A stretch of DNA of 64,000 nt from the NCBI GenBank assembly GCA_951406725.2, contig OX597814.1:166098001-166162000 (forward strand). The letters are read 5' to 3'. The position numbers were made by a program, and so were the translations under genes. The notes beneath the pieces are model-generated. The model made no database searches. It was not told where the DNA came from and saw nothing but the letters and a program-made list of their open reading frames with translations. Each line of letters opens with the position of its first letter. The stretch's first letter is position 1. Below, piece by piece: positions 11,704-24,894 of the stretch. The stretch comes from Octopus vulgaris (lineage: Eukaryota).

Positions 11704-12581
11704 ATGAGGTACATTTCAGAAGTTTGCAGACTTTTTTAGGACATGCCATTATAAATATCTGAGATTGTAATTTTAGTTATATCATTACTATATATTTAAT
11801 AAGCTGACCTGTCAACTTTTGTTATTCCAGATCGAAGGAAACAGCTGTAACAGCACTTTGAAAACATCCTGCTTAAACACTGCTCATCACAGATGGCTAG
11901 TTTGCAGAAAGCAGTGGGGGTGCTTGGAAGCTTGTTGTGCAAAAACACTACAGAAATTTATGAAATGCACCAGACTTATTATAGATTGACTTTTTCTCTG
12001 ACACCAAAGGTTCATAGATGGCTGAAAGGAGGTGAGAGATGACGAGCAAATCGGGAGCAAGAGGGACATCAGAGCTGGTTGAGGCAATTTGCAATTTTCT
12101 GGATGAAGACAATTTGTGTCTATAAAGACAATAAGCACACAATTTAGAGTTGGTATGGCAACTGTACACAGAATTATTTGCGGAAATCTGGACATGCGCA
12201 AATTTTGTGCAAAGCTTGTTTCCAGGGTGCTCAGTGTTAAGCATCCTGGTAACCAATTACTTGACAGAGATTGGCATCAAAATTGTCTCTCGCCCTACCC
12301 ATAGTCCAGACCTTACTCCCTGTGACTTTTGGTTGTTCCCCAAGCTGAAGGAGAACCTCAGGAACAGTCATTTTGAAGATGAAGGAGGCTGTGACAAAGG
12401 TCCTGGAAACCTTCACTTTGGCGGACTTCCAAGGTGGCCTTCATGAACTGGCTGGAGTGCCACAACAAGTGCACTGAAGTCAGAGGATCCTACTTTGAAG
12501 GAGGTTGAGGTTTTGTACTTCCCTGAAATTAATAAGTGTCTCTCCTGAAAAAGTCTGAAAACTTCTGGCATGCACCTTGTA
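11704..12581 (+). mobile_element. Internally deleted mariner transposon
   Basis: Degenerate TIRs at both ends. Reads RKFCAKLVSRVL (WVPR-like) and HSPDLTPCDFWLFPKLK (YSPDLAP.D motif). Confidence 0.85.
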
Positions 12582-13151
12582 TATTTTTACAGATAGACAG
12601 TAGTTAAATGTAAGACTTGTGTTCTGTTTTATGATTTCTTTCTATTATAGGCTTAGCTATATGGTTAAGAAGCTCACTTTGCAACCATGTGGTTTGGGAT
12701 TCAGTTACATTGCATGGCACTTTAAGAAGTGTTTTCTATGATAGCCCCAGGCTGACCAATGCTTGGTGAGTTACTTCGGAGGACAGAAACTTTGTGCAAG
12801 CATGTTGTGTATGTTATCATCACCTTCATTTAGCATCTGCTTTTCATGCTGGCATGGGTTAGATGGTTTGACTGGAACCTGGTAAGCCGGAGAGCTGTAT
12901 CAAGTTCCAGTCTGATTTGGCTGGATGCCCTTCCTGATGCCAGCCACTTCAAGAGTGTAATGGATGCTTTTTTATGTGCCACCAGCACCAGTGCCAGTTA
13001 TGTGACACTGGTATTGGCCACAACTATGATTTCACTTGGCTTGATGAGTCCAGTGGAATCATAGCCATAGCCGATGCTGGTCTCATGTAACTGGTACCTG
13101 TGCCAATGGCATGTAAAAAGCACCCATTACACTATGTATATATATATATAT

Positions 13152-13381
13152 CAGCGAGTTGGCAGAAACGTTAGCGCGCTGGGTGAAATGCTTAGCAGTA
13201 TTTTGTCTGCCGTTACGTTCTGAGTTCAAATTCCACTGAGGTCGACTTTGCCTTTCATCCTTTCGGGGTTGATTAAATAAGTACCAGTTACACACTGGGG
13301 TCGATCTAATCGACTTAATCCCTTTATCTGTCCTTGTTTGTCGCCTCTATGTTTAGCCCCTTGTGGGCAATAAAGAAATAA
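13152..13381 (+). mobile_element. SINE family A
   Basis: Full head-to-tail match to the other family A copies. Confidence 0.85.
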
Positions 13382-13727
13382 GTTGAACTGGTTTTTGCAT
13401 TGTCCTTCTGTTTGGTTTACTAATTTGTTTGATACAAACCAAATATCTCTCACACTCCCATAATAATTGGAATGTAATCATTGATTGCTAAAACTAACTT
13501 GAGAAGCAATACTTACAATTTCAAATTCTTCATTGACAATGTTGTTTCCTCAGTCCTTCATAGCAGGCAAAGCATGAAAGATACAGGCACCCTGTATTTT
13601 TTTTTTTTTTTGTCTAATAAAATATCTAGACTCTACTTCTGTATTGAGTCCTTTTTCAGTGAACATTATCTGTTATTTTTTAATATAAATTTCACAACTC
13701 TTACTTCATATATGTGTGTAAACATGT

Positions 13728-13758
<31 letters not shown>

Positions 13759-15132
13759 CTCATTTAACATTTGTCTTTGATGCTGGCATGGGTTAGATTG
13801 GTTTGGCAGGTTGGAGAACTGCATCATGCTCCAGTGTCTACTTTGGAATGGTTTCTTGGGCTGGATGCCTTTCCTAACACCAGCCACTTTGCAGAGTGTG
13901 CTGAGTGCATTTTTCATGGCACCAGCACTAGTGATGCCACCATGAAACATGCATGACTAAAGAGCCTCATCAACTGAGTGGGAATATACTAAGTAGGGAG
14001 GCAGCTTTATGCTATGCGCTGAAACATTAAAGTATGATAGAAGGAACACATTGCTACTCCACATTGTATAAGGGTGAGAGTAATACACCTACTGTACATT
14101 CACCTATAAGAATGAGGTCATTTGTATATAGTAGTTATTTCCCATGTGTATCCAGTTTTAAATTCCTCTGTTATGGCCTGGAGGAGTATAATTATAGAAG
14201 GGGACTGAGAACGTAGCCCTGGTGAATCCCTGTCTGCTGTATTTGTTGCTAACTCTTGTACTGCTGACAACACCTCTTCTAGAAGAGATAAAGAAAAGAA
14301 TTTTATTGAGAAGCTTATAATAATTCTGAATAGACTATGATATGAACAAGAAGAATAATATCAATATTGATATAAATTTAGTTTTGTCTGGGGAGAGTTA
14401 TATTGTCTTAATGCCTATTGTCTAATACACTCACTGGTTCGATTTCCACTCTTTTATTATTTATATATTTCTTCTTCTAAAATTTTTGTTGCTTTTGCAA
14501 CCTTGTCAATGGATGTTGACCTGATACAAAAACGAAGATTCAAATTTAATTTTACTCAAAAACTGTAGTAATACTGACAGTATTACCAATCTGAATTTGC
14601 ATTTAATTTCATTTAATTATTTAATAAAATTATTTAAGGCAGGACTGTAGTTTGTAGTATCAGATGTTTCACAACATTTGACTGTAGCTAAATCCTCTTA
14701 TCTCTGATTGGTCCAAATGTTTTTATGAATAAGTCAATGTCAGCTATGTTTCCGTGTTCGTCAGCATGGCACCTAAGCCACACACTGATTGGTTAAAATA
14801 GTGTCTGCATGCTATAACCTATTGGGGTCTATTGAAAGGTATTTCAAGGGAAAATCCCATTGTTAAATGTGAAGTTTTGTTAATGCTACTACATAGACAT
14901 TTACCTGAAGTTTGTTATGAAACATGAAAGTATTTGTAACATTTTAATATGTAAAAATTATGAATAAACAATAAGAAATGTGAAAATCAGACTATATTCG
15001 AATTTGATTGACTAACACACACACACACACTCACACACATGCAAGCACAATAGTAAGACATGGAACTAAACTGCAAAATCCAACTTGTTGAAAGAAACAG
15101 CTCTCAGATAAGGCAACAATATCCATCATGTG

Positions 15133-15569
15133 TTCTTTTATTCTTGTACTCTTATTTGTTTCAATCATTTGGCTGTGGCCATGCTGGAGCATGACTTTAA
15201 GGGGTTTTAGTTGACAAATCAACTCCAGGACATACTTTTTAAAGTCTAGTACTTATTCTATGAGTCACTTTTGCTGAACTGCTAAGTTACAAGGATGTAA
15301 ATACACCAACACTTGTTGTCAAGTGGTGATGGGGTGACAAACACTGGCACTTAGACACATACACATAGATACACACACACACACACACACACATACATAC
15401 ATATACGATGGGCTTCTTTCAGTTTCTGTCTACTGAATCTACTCATGAGGCTTTGGTTGACCTGGGGCTATAGTAGAAGACACTTGCCCAAGGTACCATG
15501 TAGTAGGACTGAACCTGGAACCATGTGGTTGGGAAGCAAGCTTCTTATCACACGGCTATGCCTGTGCCT
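15133..15569 (-). mobile_element. tRNA-derived SINE family B (CORE-like), full length
   Basis: tRNA-like head, CORE-like accttgggcaagtgtc segment, internal microsatellite and 3' module. Also at 18553-19331, 26779-27167 and 40758-41166. Confidence 0.85.
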
Positions 15570-15949
15570 ATGTATGTAACAAATTCCATAGAAAGTAAAT
15601 CGGTTTTTCTTTTAGTAGATATCTCATTATCATTCCAGCTTCATACATTTCAAAAGCCATCTTGAAAATCAGAAATGGGTTCTTTGGCAGTCACTTGATG
15701 ACAACCTGAACTCACTACATTTCCTTAGATCCCCTGCTTGACCAAAACCATGCTCCAGTCTCACATGCCCATTTTTTTTTCTGTTTTAGAGTTATAGAAA
15801 CCTTTTCATAGTCATCTCATGCAAGTGAGTATGACTTGGTAGTGTGTACTATGCTTTCACCAATTGTGCTTATGTAGTCACAAGTAGATGTAGACAGTCT
15901 CTCAGTCATCCTATCTTTGACCCAGGGTAATGTGATTATTTTTTTGTTT

Positions 15950-17450
15950 CTAAATGAGTAGCAATTGTATCTTTTTGCCATTAATAGAGACAAGATTTGT
16001 GCATCCCTATTGGAGGATGATTCCAAGGTTTCTTTTCATGGAGTCAGTGTGTGTTTAGGTTGCAAATGGATAATGCATGGTTGTTGATTATATCAGCGAG
16101 GTCTAAAAGATAGTGTTGTCTGTGTAAGAATGAGTTTTGTTAAATGCAGTAGTAAGTCAGTCAGTGGCAAAACTGAACCTTGTGGCAGGTTGGAGTTGAT
16201 AGAATGAGGGACTAAAGAGCTTCATTAACACATATTAATAATATGATCTGATAGGGAGCTAACAGATAGGTAGAGCCCAGAGGCAGGAAGTTTAGATAGG
16301 AGATTTGCATATTAGGCACAGATGAGAGCTTTTCTGATGTTGAGGGCTACATTACTTTCAACAAATTCTTCCAAGGCAAGCACCCACTGGTGGGTGACAA
16401 AGAACAGTAAGGTCACCCGGTGGATCTGGCTTTACAAAAACTGAGGAGAGAAAAATATTCAATGTGTTGGAGGACAACACATTTTAAATGGCTGTCTCCA
16501 TTACCTTAGGATATTAGAAGTGAGTGTAATAGGAGTAATGGGATTGAAAGGGGTTTTTTTTTCCAAGGTGGGATACACTGTAGCATGCTTCAAAAGATAA
16601 GTGTAGATCCCTTGAGAGATGTAATGTTAGAGAATGATGGAAGGGACACCATCAGGACCTGTGACTTTGTTGGTTTGAAGTGATAAAAGGTATTTTCATA
16701 CTGGGCATGTACGTATGTAAGGTGACAGACCTGGAAAGGTGGGAAAAAAATAGAATTGGAGAAGATTTACCAGGTATGTACAATGTAGTGTTGATTGCAA
16801 AATAGGAAGCAAAGATGAAGGCTTTCTCTGTGGGAGCTGTTCATGGAACCATTGCTATTATGAAGTGGAAAGAAAAAGGATTCTGTAAAATTGGTAAAAA
16901 TTCAAAAGGACTGATTTTTGTTGAGAAGGTGGAATTGGTTGAGAGTTGTATGAGATACAATGTCATCTTTTGTTGTTCAGATAATGACCTTGTAAGGCAG
17001 CGAGCTGGCAGAAATGTTAGCACGCCGGGCAAAATGCTTAGTGGTATTTCGTCTGCCATTATGTTCTGAATTCAAATTCCGCCAAGGTCAACTTTGCCTT
17101 TCATCCTTTTGGGGTTGATAAATTAAGTACCAGTTACACACTGGGGTCGATATAATCGACTTAATCTCTTTGTCTGTCCTTGTTTGTCCCCTCTATGTTT
17201 AGCCCCTTCTCGGCAATAAAGGAATAAGATAATGACCTTGTAACTGTTGCATGGCTGGGTAAATGTCACATAGCTTTGGTGGATAGGTGAGTTTCTCCAG
17301 ACATTGTAAGCCTTGCGTTTTGCATTACTATGAGTGAATGACTAGTGGGGACTTGGAGTATAGGATTTTTACTGTGTGTGGGATATGAAGGGACAAGATG
17401 AGATGGATAGTTTCAATCAACTGCCCAATTGTTCCTGATTGGTCAAAAGT
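15950..17450 (-). mobile_element. Decayed CR1/L2-group LINE reverse transcriptase
   Basis: Minus-strand pieces read KARSTG.., VALNIRKA, NSNLPQGSVL and SYTDN (degenerate YADD). Interrupted by a SINE. Confidence 0.7.
16994..17226 (+). mobile_element. SINE family A with ~17 bp TSD, nested in a LINE
   Basis: agataatgaccttgtaa at 16979-16995 and 17227-17243. Confidence 0.9.
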
Positions 17451-17649
17451 AAAGCATATATTACTGTTTGGAATAGTATAAAACTGTTTCAACTAATCAA
17501 TTGACTTGAAATATCATAGGATGTAGAGAGTTATGATTGTTGTGTTGTATGTGGATGTGTGGTAGATAGTTTCATTGTGGAAGTGGTTGGATGGCCCAGA
17601 AGTGCAGAGACAGTTTTAGTTTGGTACAGATTAGGTTTGGAGGGGAAAA

Positions 17650-18545
17650 AAACACACACACAAGAAGGAAACCATTTCAACCAGCCAACATCAAGCGGAG
17701 AAAAGATCAGGCCAGTGAGATGGTGAGGAGGCCACTAGCATTTTGGGACACTGTCATATTCTCTAATGAGTTCAGAATTGCTGTATTTCCTGACAGTGGT
17801 TGAGTGAGGGTCTGGAGACTCTGTGCTCAAGAATTTGATGTGAAAAGATTGCAGCCAACAATGAAACACAGCAGCTATTCTGTGATGGTCTGGGGAGCAA
17901 TTTGGAGCAATGGTTGATCAGAGCTGGTGGAGTGTGAGGGAAACATAAACTCAGATAAATATGCATCCATATTGCAGAAAGGACCCCTTCCAATCAGTGT
18001 GAAATGTCCCAAAATGCTAGTGGCCTCCTCACCATCTCATTGGCCCAATCTTTTCTCCGGTTGAAGTGGATTCCTTCTTGCTGCTCTGCCATAGTAACCA
18101 AGTTTGTGGAGATACCTAACAGCAGTTCTGGGACTGACATCAGCTTGTTCTGCAATGTCAGAGGCATTTCATCAAGGATTATCCTCCACATTTCTCTTAG
18201 CAAAGAGAAGGGTCCTGTCAGAGGGTTCTGGTTGATCTGGGCAGGGTAATGTTGACTCCTTCCCCTCTCTGGTGAATTGCACAATCACTCTATTGTCAAA
18301 AGTAGGATCCCAAGGTTTTCTGCAATTTTTTGCTATGTCCACCTTCAAAATGACCCACAATACGGCCTCTTTGAAATTCAGACAGTTCCAAGGCTTCTTT
18401 TGTACATGGCATGATTAAACAATCACATATAGAACCTGAAGCATAAAAATGTCAATTAATAAAAAGTATAAACCTTTACAAGTTAGAATAAACATAAAAC
18501 TATGTTTTATGGGGCATTTATTTACTTCTTATCATGTCTGTGTAT
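17650..18545. mobile_element. Tc1-like transposase relic, rearranged by inversion
   Basis: Plus 17650-17993: RRKP..WDTVIFSNE..VMVWGAI..EGNINSDKY. Minus 17994-18545: N-terminal part ending again in RRKDWANEMVRRPLAFWD. Confidence 0.8.
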
Positions 18546-20209
18546 ATGTATGTTCTTTTATTCTGTTACTTGTTTCAGTCGTTTGACTGTGGCCATGCTG
18601 GAGCACCACCTTTAGGTGAACAAATCAACCCTAGGGCTTATTCTTTGTAAGCCTAGTACTTATTCTATTGGTTTCTTTTGCCAAACCACTAAGCTACGGG
18701 GATGTAAACACACCAACATTGGTTGTCAAGCGATGTTGGGGGGGGGACAAACACAGACAAACAAACATATACATGTCTATATCATCATCATCATCATCAT
18801 CATTGTTTAACATTTGTTTTCCATACTAGCATGGGTTGGATGGTTTGACCGGGGTCTGGGAAGCCAGGAGGCTGTACCAGGCTCCAGCCTGATCTGGCAG
18901 TGTTTCTACAGCTAGATGCCCTTCCTAATGCCAACCGCTCCATGAGAGTAGTGGGTGCTTTTTACGTGCCACCAGCACAGGTGCCAGGGGAGGCTGGCAA
19001 TGGCCACGATTGGTTGTTGCTTTTTAAGTGCCACCAGCATGGAAGCCAGTCAAGGTGGCGCTGGCATCGGCCACATTTGGATGGTGCTTTTTACATGCCA
19101 CCGGCATGGGTCTCATAACTACAATTTCCATTTGATTTTTATTTGATGTTGATATATATATATATATATATATACATACACGATGGGCTTCTTTCAGTTT
19201 CTGTCTACCAAATCTACTCACAAGGCTTTGGTCGGCTCAAGTAGAAGACACTTGCCCAAGGTGCTACGCAGTGAGACTGAACCCAGAACCATGTGGTTGG
19301 GAAGCAAGCTTCTTACTACACAGCCATGCCTGAGAATAGTATTGATAGTAACTTCAAAGTATATTGTAATTAAGTTATGCATGCATAAAATGACCCAGGA
19401 TCTTTGGCAGGTCATGGGAGCACTCCTAATGTTTCATCATACTGACAAAGCTGGTCTTTCTCCAGAGTATTGTGCAAAAATGAATTATCAAGTAATTGAA
19501 ATTCTATTCACTGAGAGGCTGACTGCTAATCTATGGAAGTTGTTCAAATTGGCAAATATTCATGTATTCTTTTATTGGTTTCAGTCTTTTGGACATTAGC
19601 CATACGAGTTTACCACCTTCAAGGATTTTTAGTTAATTATTTTCAGTTTCAGTTCTTACTTCAGTTCCTATTTTATTGATTTTTAGTTACCGAATGGCTA
19701 AGTTTATCTTTGATGTAAAGAGTCATAACTCAATAATTAACTACATAGGTTATTTTTGTTTGGTTCATTGATTTACACACACACACATGCATGTGCACAC
19801 ACATATACATTTATAGATACATACATATTTGTACATGAACACATGTCTGTAACTTTCTGTTGCTTCTTAATCAATCAAATATTTTTTTCTTCTCTTAGTA
19901 TCTTAGTTCTTTGAGAATTTATTCTTAATATCTTGAAATAACTATCTTTTCCTATTCAGAATCATTGACAATCACCACTAGGTTTTTTTTTACTTTCTCG
20001 GCATATGAAGAAAATTTTAACAAATTAAGGTGCAGCCATAGCTGTTTGGTTCAGAAGCTTGCTTCCCAACCATCTGGGTTCAGGTTCAGTTTCACTGTGC
20101 AGCACCCTGAGCAAGTGTCTTCTACTAAAGCCACAGGCTGACCAAAGCCTTGTAAGTGGATCTGATAGAAGGAAACTGAAAGAAGACTGTCTAAATATAT
20201 ATATATATA

Positions 20210-20507
20210 TATCTGTAAATGTAATATGCGACAATTATTCAGTAGCCATGATAAAACTCCAAGTTTCGGATGTCGGGGTGGAAATCCATGCCGCCATCTC
20301 TTCAGTTATCTGGCAGCGTGGATTTCCACCCAGACATCTGAAACTCGGAGTTTTATCATGGCTACCAAATAATTGTCACATATTACATTTACAGATAAAT
20401 TCCTCTATTTACATAATATCGAGGTCTCTTTCATTCTTTTGTTGTCTTACCATTTCTATCAATATATATATATATATATATATATATTGATAGAAATGGT
20501 AAGACAA
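20210..20507. mobile_element. Hammerhead-containing foldback element flanked by (TA)n (non-autonomous PLE/retrozyme-like)
   Basis: 87 bp arms at 20210-20296 / 20311-20397 with a 14 nt loop. Tail 20398-20460 is shared with 24710-24895. Confidence 0.75.
20250..20310 (-). ncRNA. Type I hammerhead-ribozyme-like motif
   Basis: Minus: gataa CTGAAGA gatggcgg..ccgacatc c GAAA cttggag TT ttatc. Stems I, II and a near-palindromic stem III are present, with one extra C before GAAA. Confidence 0.65.
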
Positions 20508-21157
20508 GAGAGAGAGAGAGCGAGCGACATATGTATGTGTGGGTGTTGTGTGGGCATTTGTGTGTACCTTTGCAAAATAGTGACTCATACCCAAAGAAAA
20601 ATCTATTTCCCATACATTTAATACTACTGAAGATTTAAAATTTAAATGCCAGTTGCATGAAGGTATTTTATCATTTCACTCCTCTCATATTCACATTGAA
20701 CATTTGTGGTCCATACAACACCCAGGCCACTGGCATACTCTCTTTGTTTTACCTTGTTTACAGTTACTATGACACAGTTTGTTTATCAAAACTTGTCAAA
20801 AGCATCCTATCTTTATTGGATACTATTAGTATCTATTAAAGGTAGGGTACATTTGACAAGGTCAGGTCATTTAACTACTCCCTGTTAATCATGCTGCATG
20901 TATGTGCATGTTTCTCATGCTCTAAGCTCTTCACTAAATATTTTATGTAATACTCTTTCCTGTGCAGGTGATCTCATAGAAGTGTCAACTTCTAACTTAT
21001 AACCCTTTTAATACCAACAACCCACCTAAGACTGTCCTTATTGTATGATATAGACTTGTTGTTTTTAAGTGATCTAAATTAAAACCTTCCATCAAAACTC
21101 CATATTTATTTGTGTTCCTAACTCCAGTTTCATAATAAAAAAAGTTATTTTACTAAA

Positions 21158-21595
21158 TCTATATATATAAAGCTGAAGTTGTCTGTGTGTGGCAGGTTTG
21201 GTAGCCTTCAACTAACACTATCTCCTCCGAGACCCTGCGGCGCAAGTTGTAGCCTTCAACTAACACTATCTTCTCCAAGACCCTGCAGCGCAAGTTGACC
21301 AAAATCGAGAGTATGATAGAAAAAGGCTTGCTCTTTATTCCGTAGAAGATAAAATTCAAATCAGACCATGTTAAGACCAAAAATTATTTACATCAAAAGG
21401 GTGCTTTTTTTCTATGAAAATCCCTATTTTTTACGATTTTTTGACTGCTGTGTCACCATTTATTGGTGTATTTCAACCAGAAAAATGTTCACTTAAAGAG
21501 AATAACAAGCTACATAATGCAAAATTTTTACTTTTCAAAAATTCCAATTCTAAAGGGTCAAAACAAACCTGAGCAACGCTGGACGATACTGCTAT
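21158..21595 (+). mobile_element. Non-autonomous Helitron nested in a TTAA MITE
   Basis: 5' TCtatatatataaag and 3' hairpin cctgagcaacgctgg plus ctat. It splits the MITE at ~21000-21671 at an A|T site. Confidence 0.75.
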
Positions 21596-22465
21596 TACTT
21601 TGATATAGTTTCCAAATTAACCGCAACAAAGGCAGAGTATTTTAAAAGAAATTTTGTAACAAAAGGGTTAAGCTCAATATTAACTATATCTTCCTCACAG
21701 ATCTCCCATGTATTCAGTCTCAAATGATGCTCACAGAGTATAGGTAGTGCTAGTTCTTCAGGTAATTGGTGACCCAACTTGTCTGAAGATCCTGTGTGCC
21801 TACAGGTGAAACTCCATGTACCAAATAACATATCGTTCATTTCTACTATGGTTGAATGCTCTTTTCTCTGACACTTAATACTAAAAGGATTTGTGTGTGT
21901 GGTATATATATATGTGTGTATGCATGCACCCCACCACACACACACAGGCACACACATAATCTCCAATTGTAATTCCTCCCTATTGGTTCTTACTTGCCAT
22001 TTTCCATTGAAACCTTTTACTATTCTAACACCTGCCCCACATATTTCATTGTCCCCAGTCAAAACACCCTTCTTTCCTGTTTCTTTTTCCTACCTTTCTT
22101 TTTCTAATTTTCTCTTTCTGTTTTTTATTTTTTTATTTCCCTCCTTTTTCCTCTTCACCATCATACCCTACAACAGGAATCCTAAATATAAATGTGTTTA
22201 TTCCATCATTTCTCCAGTTGAAGACCCTTTGCAACTACAGGCAAAACTCAAAATAGCAAGAGACTCACTCAACTGAAATGAACTATAATTAATCTCAATC
22301 TCTACTATGGTTTTGAGTACTCTTTTCTTTTCCACCCACATATCCATCCCTCTATATATATATGGACTCATGCACACTTCCTACACAATTCCTGCCAATA
22401 TTTGGCTAATAAAGTTCTAGGAATATTTTTAATGTCTTCACTGAATGTATTTCCTCATTCTCCAG

Positions 22466-22575
22466 GTATAACTGCTGGATGCAATCTGATGAGCTGTTAA
22501 GTTTAACTGCTTCAGAGAGACTCACTTTGGAAGAAGAATACGAGAACCAAATCAGCTGGCGGCAAGATGAAAAAA
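22466..22575 (+). CDS. NAT9: NAT9-like coding exon 2
   Basis: Acceptor ttctccag. Reads YNCWMQSDELLSLTASERLTLEEEYENQISWRQDEK with the NAT9 LTASE.LTLE.EY signature. Donor GTTGGT, phase 1. Confidence 0.95.
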
Positions 22576-22744
22576 GTTGGTGGACTGGTTTTCTTATTCA
22601 TCAATTTTATAAAAATTTCAAACATTTCACATTTCATTTTAATCCTAACATATTATACTAGTGTAATACAAGTTGAGAAATTTTGTAATATTGGATATAG
22701 CATTGATCTCAAAAGTATCCAATCAGGTGGTCTTGTTAGAACTC

Positions 22745-23170
22745 TTCATTCCATTGAAGGATTGCATTGAGGATACAAATAAGTGTAAGAGAAGGAAATA
22801 TACTGAGCTGTGGAGCTATGCCAAAGCCATGGGTAACAGGCAAGGTATGATCCCATTAAGGTTGATGTAGAGGGTTTGCAAGCCAATCCCACTGCAGAAT
22901 TTACAACATGCTTTGTATCACAGGGGCATGTAGGCAAAAGGCTATCAAATTGACTGTGGAGGCAGCAGAGCTGTTGCCCCAAGGTGGCTGTGGATCAGGA
23001 GGTATGAGCCCTGGAAGGGGCAGTGCTAACTGGACACTAGCTGGTGTTTAATCATCCCTCGTTGGGTTGCTGGGTGAGTTTATCTGAGGTTGAAACACCC
23101 AACATACCTCACGGCCCTTGGGAACACCACTGATGATATGTCAAGTTGCATCCCAGGATGATGTATGGGA
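22745..23170 (+). mobile_element. HERO-like RLE non-LTR retrotransposon 3' relic
   Basis: Frameshifted KRRKYTEL..PI.V..RGFASQS..WLWIRR followed by a short 3' UTR. Confidence 0.6.
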
Positions 23171-23552
23171 AAACACATTTTTATAAATTGAAAAATTGGT
23201 GTGATGCAAGTAGGTGACTTACTTATGTCAAGTATCATGCATCAAACAAGTTAGTACTGTTTCTGTATGAGCAAACTGTTGTAACAAAGATGTAACATGC
23301 CTTCTCTGCTGCACTGTACTCCATGCAACAAATCATTGCATGGAAAAGTTTCTAAAGTAGACTGCAGTGCAAGATATATCTGGGATATTGCATAATAAAT
23401 ATTAAAATGACCGCCTTTGACTGACAGTTCTTTTCAGTTAGAACTGATCAGTTAATTGACAACATCAAGAACAACAGCTGTGAACTAAGAATGATTCCTA
23501 TTTTCAAGTAAGAGATAGAAATAAACTGAGACATATAACTTAATTATGTTCA

Positions 23553-23772
23553 CCCTTTCGTTACCAACCTGGCTGAAACTGGCTTTGGCTCTGGGTACAA
23601 ATGTCTTGTTTTCATAAGTTTTGAATTAAAATCTTCCACCAAACCTTAGTCACAATTTAGGTTCCTAACACTAGCTGAATGATAACTAAGTTATTTTAGT
23701 AAATTCTTTGTTATATTTAAAGTAATTGAAAGAAACACAGAGCATCTCAAAATAAATACAGTAATGAAAGGG
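23553..23772. mobile_element. piggyBac-like MITE (CCCT..AGGG, TTAA site)
   Basis: TIR ccctttcgttac / gtaatgaaaggg followed by ttaa. Near-identical copy at 28328-28538 with TTAA on both sides. Related copies at ~21000, 38222 and 52230. Confidence 0.8.
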
Positions 23773-24663
23773 TTAAAGTACCTCTCTTATTCACTTCTCA
23801 TTTACTTGGTCCATCATTTGTTCAACCACTGGTCATCCCCATGACCATCTTTTTTTCAGGCTACATTACCTGATGTGCTTTGATTTGCAATACCAACTTC
23901 AGGAAGCCTGCCAGTCATTTGATTACTTATTAATCTCATGGGTACACCAGCCAGATTTACTACATTCTCACCAGAAACAGAAACAGGTAGATACTTGTGA
24001 ATGCAGAATCTTTCCCAGGTGAAGAATGCACAACTCAACATAAATTAGTGATTAGCGACTTCAGAGCCAGGGCTAGAAGAATCCAGATACACAAACCAAT
24101 AGGGAATTAGTTTGGATATCTCGCCCATCTATCAACATCTGTACATTAGATGGACACAGTAATCTGTGCTTCAATAGACAATTAATATCCTTCTTCACAT
24201 ATGATTGGCTATTGGCTTCTCTGAAAGAGGTCAACTGCCTTTTGATAGATTGTATTTGTAAACTTAGTGGGAGTTTGTATATCCTCTTCACTCAGTAAAC
24301 TAAGTTGAAGTGGGGGAGGCTTTACTCAATGACTACCCAACCATGTAGGTTAAACCAGGTATATTGTATAGAAAACATTTTTATAATGTATGTGTTTAGT
24401 ATGTATAGCTTTTTAAAATTATTAAGAATATGACAGGTGTTTAAATTTTTACTATTTTTTAAATGTATTTTTTGCATATATCTTTTTTAGTTCTTTACAG
24501 TTTGCATTGAATAGTAAGGTTATTGTTTGAAAAATATTGTGAAAAATTTAAGAGGAAATTTGTAAAGAAAGTATGTGCTTACAGACACACCTATATATAC
24601 TACCCCCGCACTTGCCTATATATACTACTTCCGCACATACATGAGTGTATCTAAGCATGTCTT

Positions 24664-24709
<46 letters not shown>

Positions 24710-24713
<4 letters not shown>

Positions 24714-24894
24714 AATATAATATGTGACAATTACTCAGTAGCCATGATAAAACTCCGAGTTTCAGATTTCAGGGCTGAAACTCAGAGTTTTATCATAGCT
24801 ACCAAATAATTGTCACATATATTTACAGATGAATTCCTCTATTTACATAATATCGAGGTCTCTTTCATTCTTTTGTTGTCTTGCCATTTCTATC

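Noticed and set aside
14735-14770. Minus-strand CTGACGA acacg GAAAC
   Set aside because: Stem II is too short to form and there is no stem III or stem I support.
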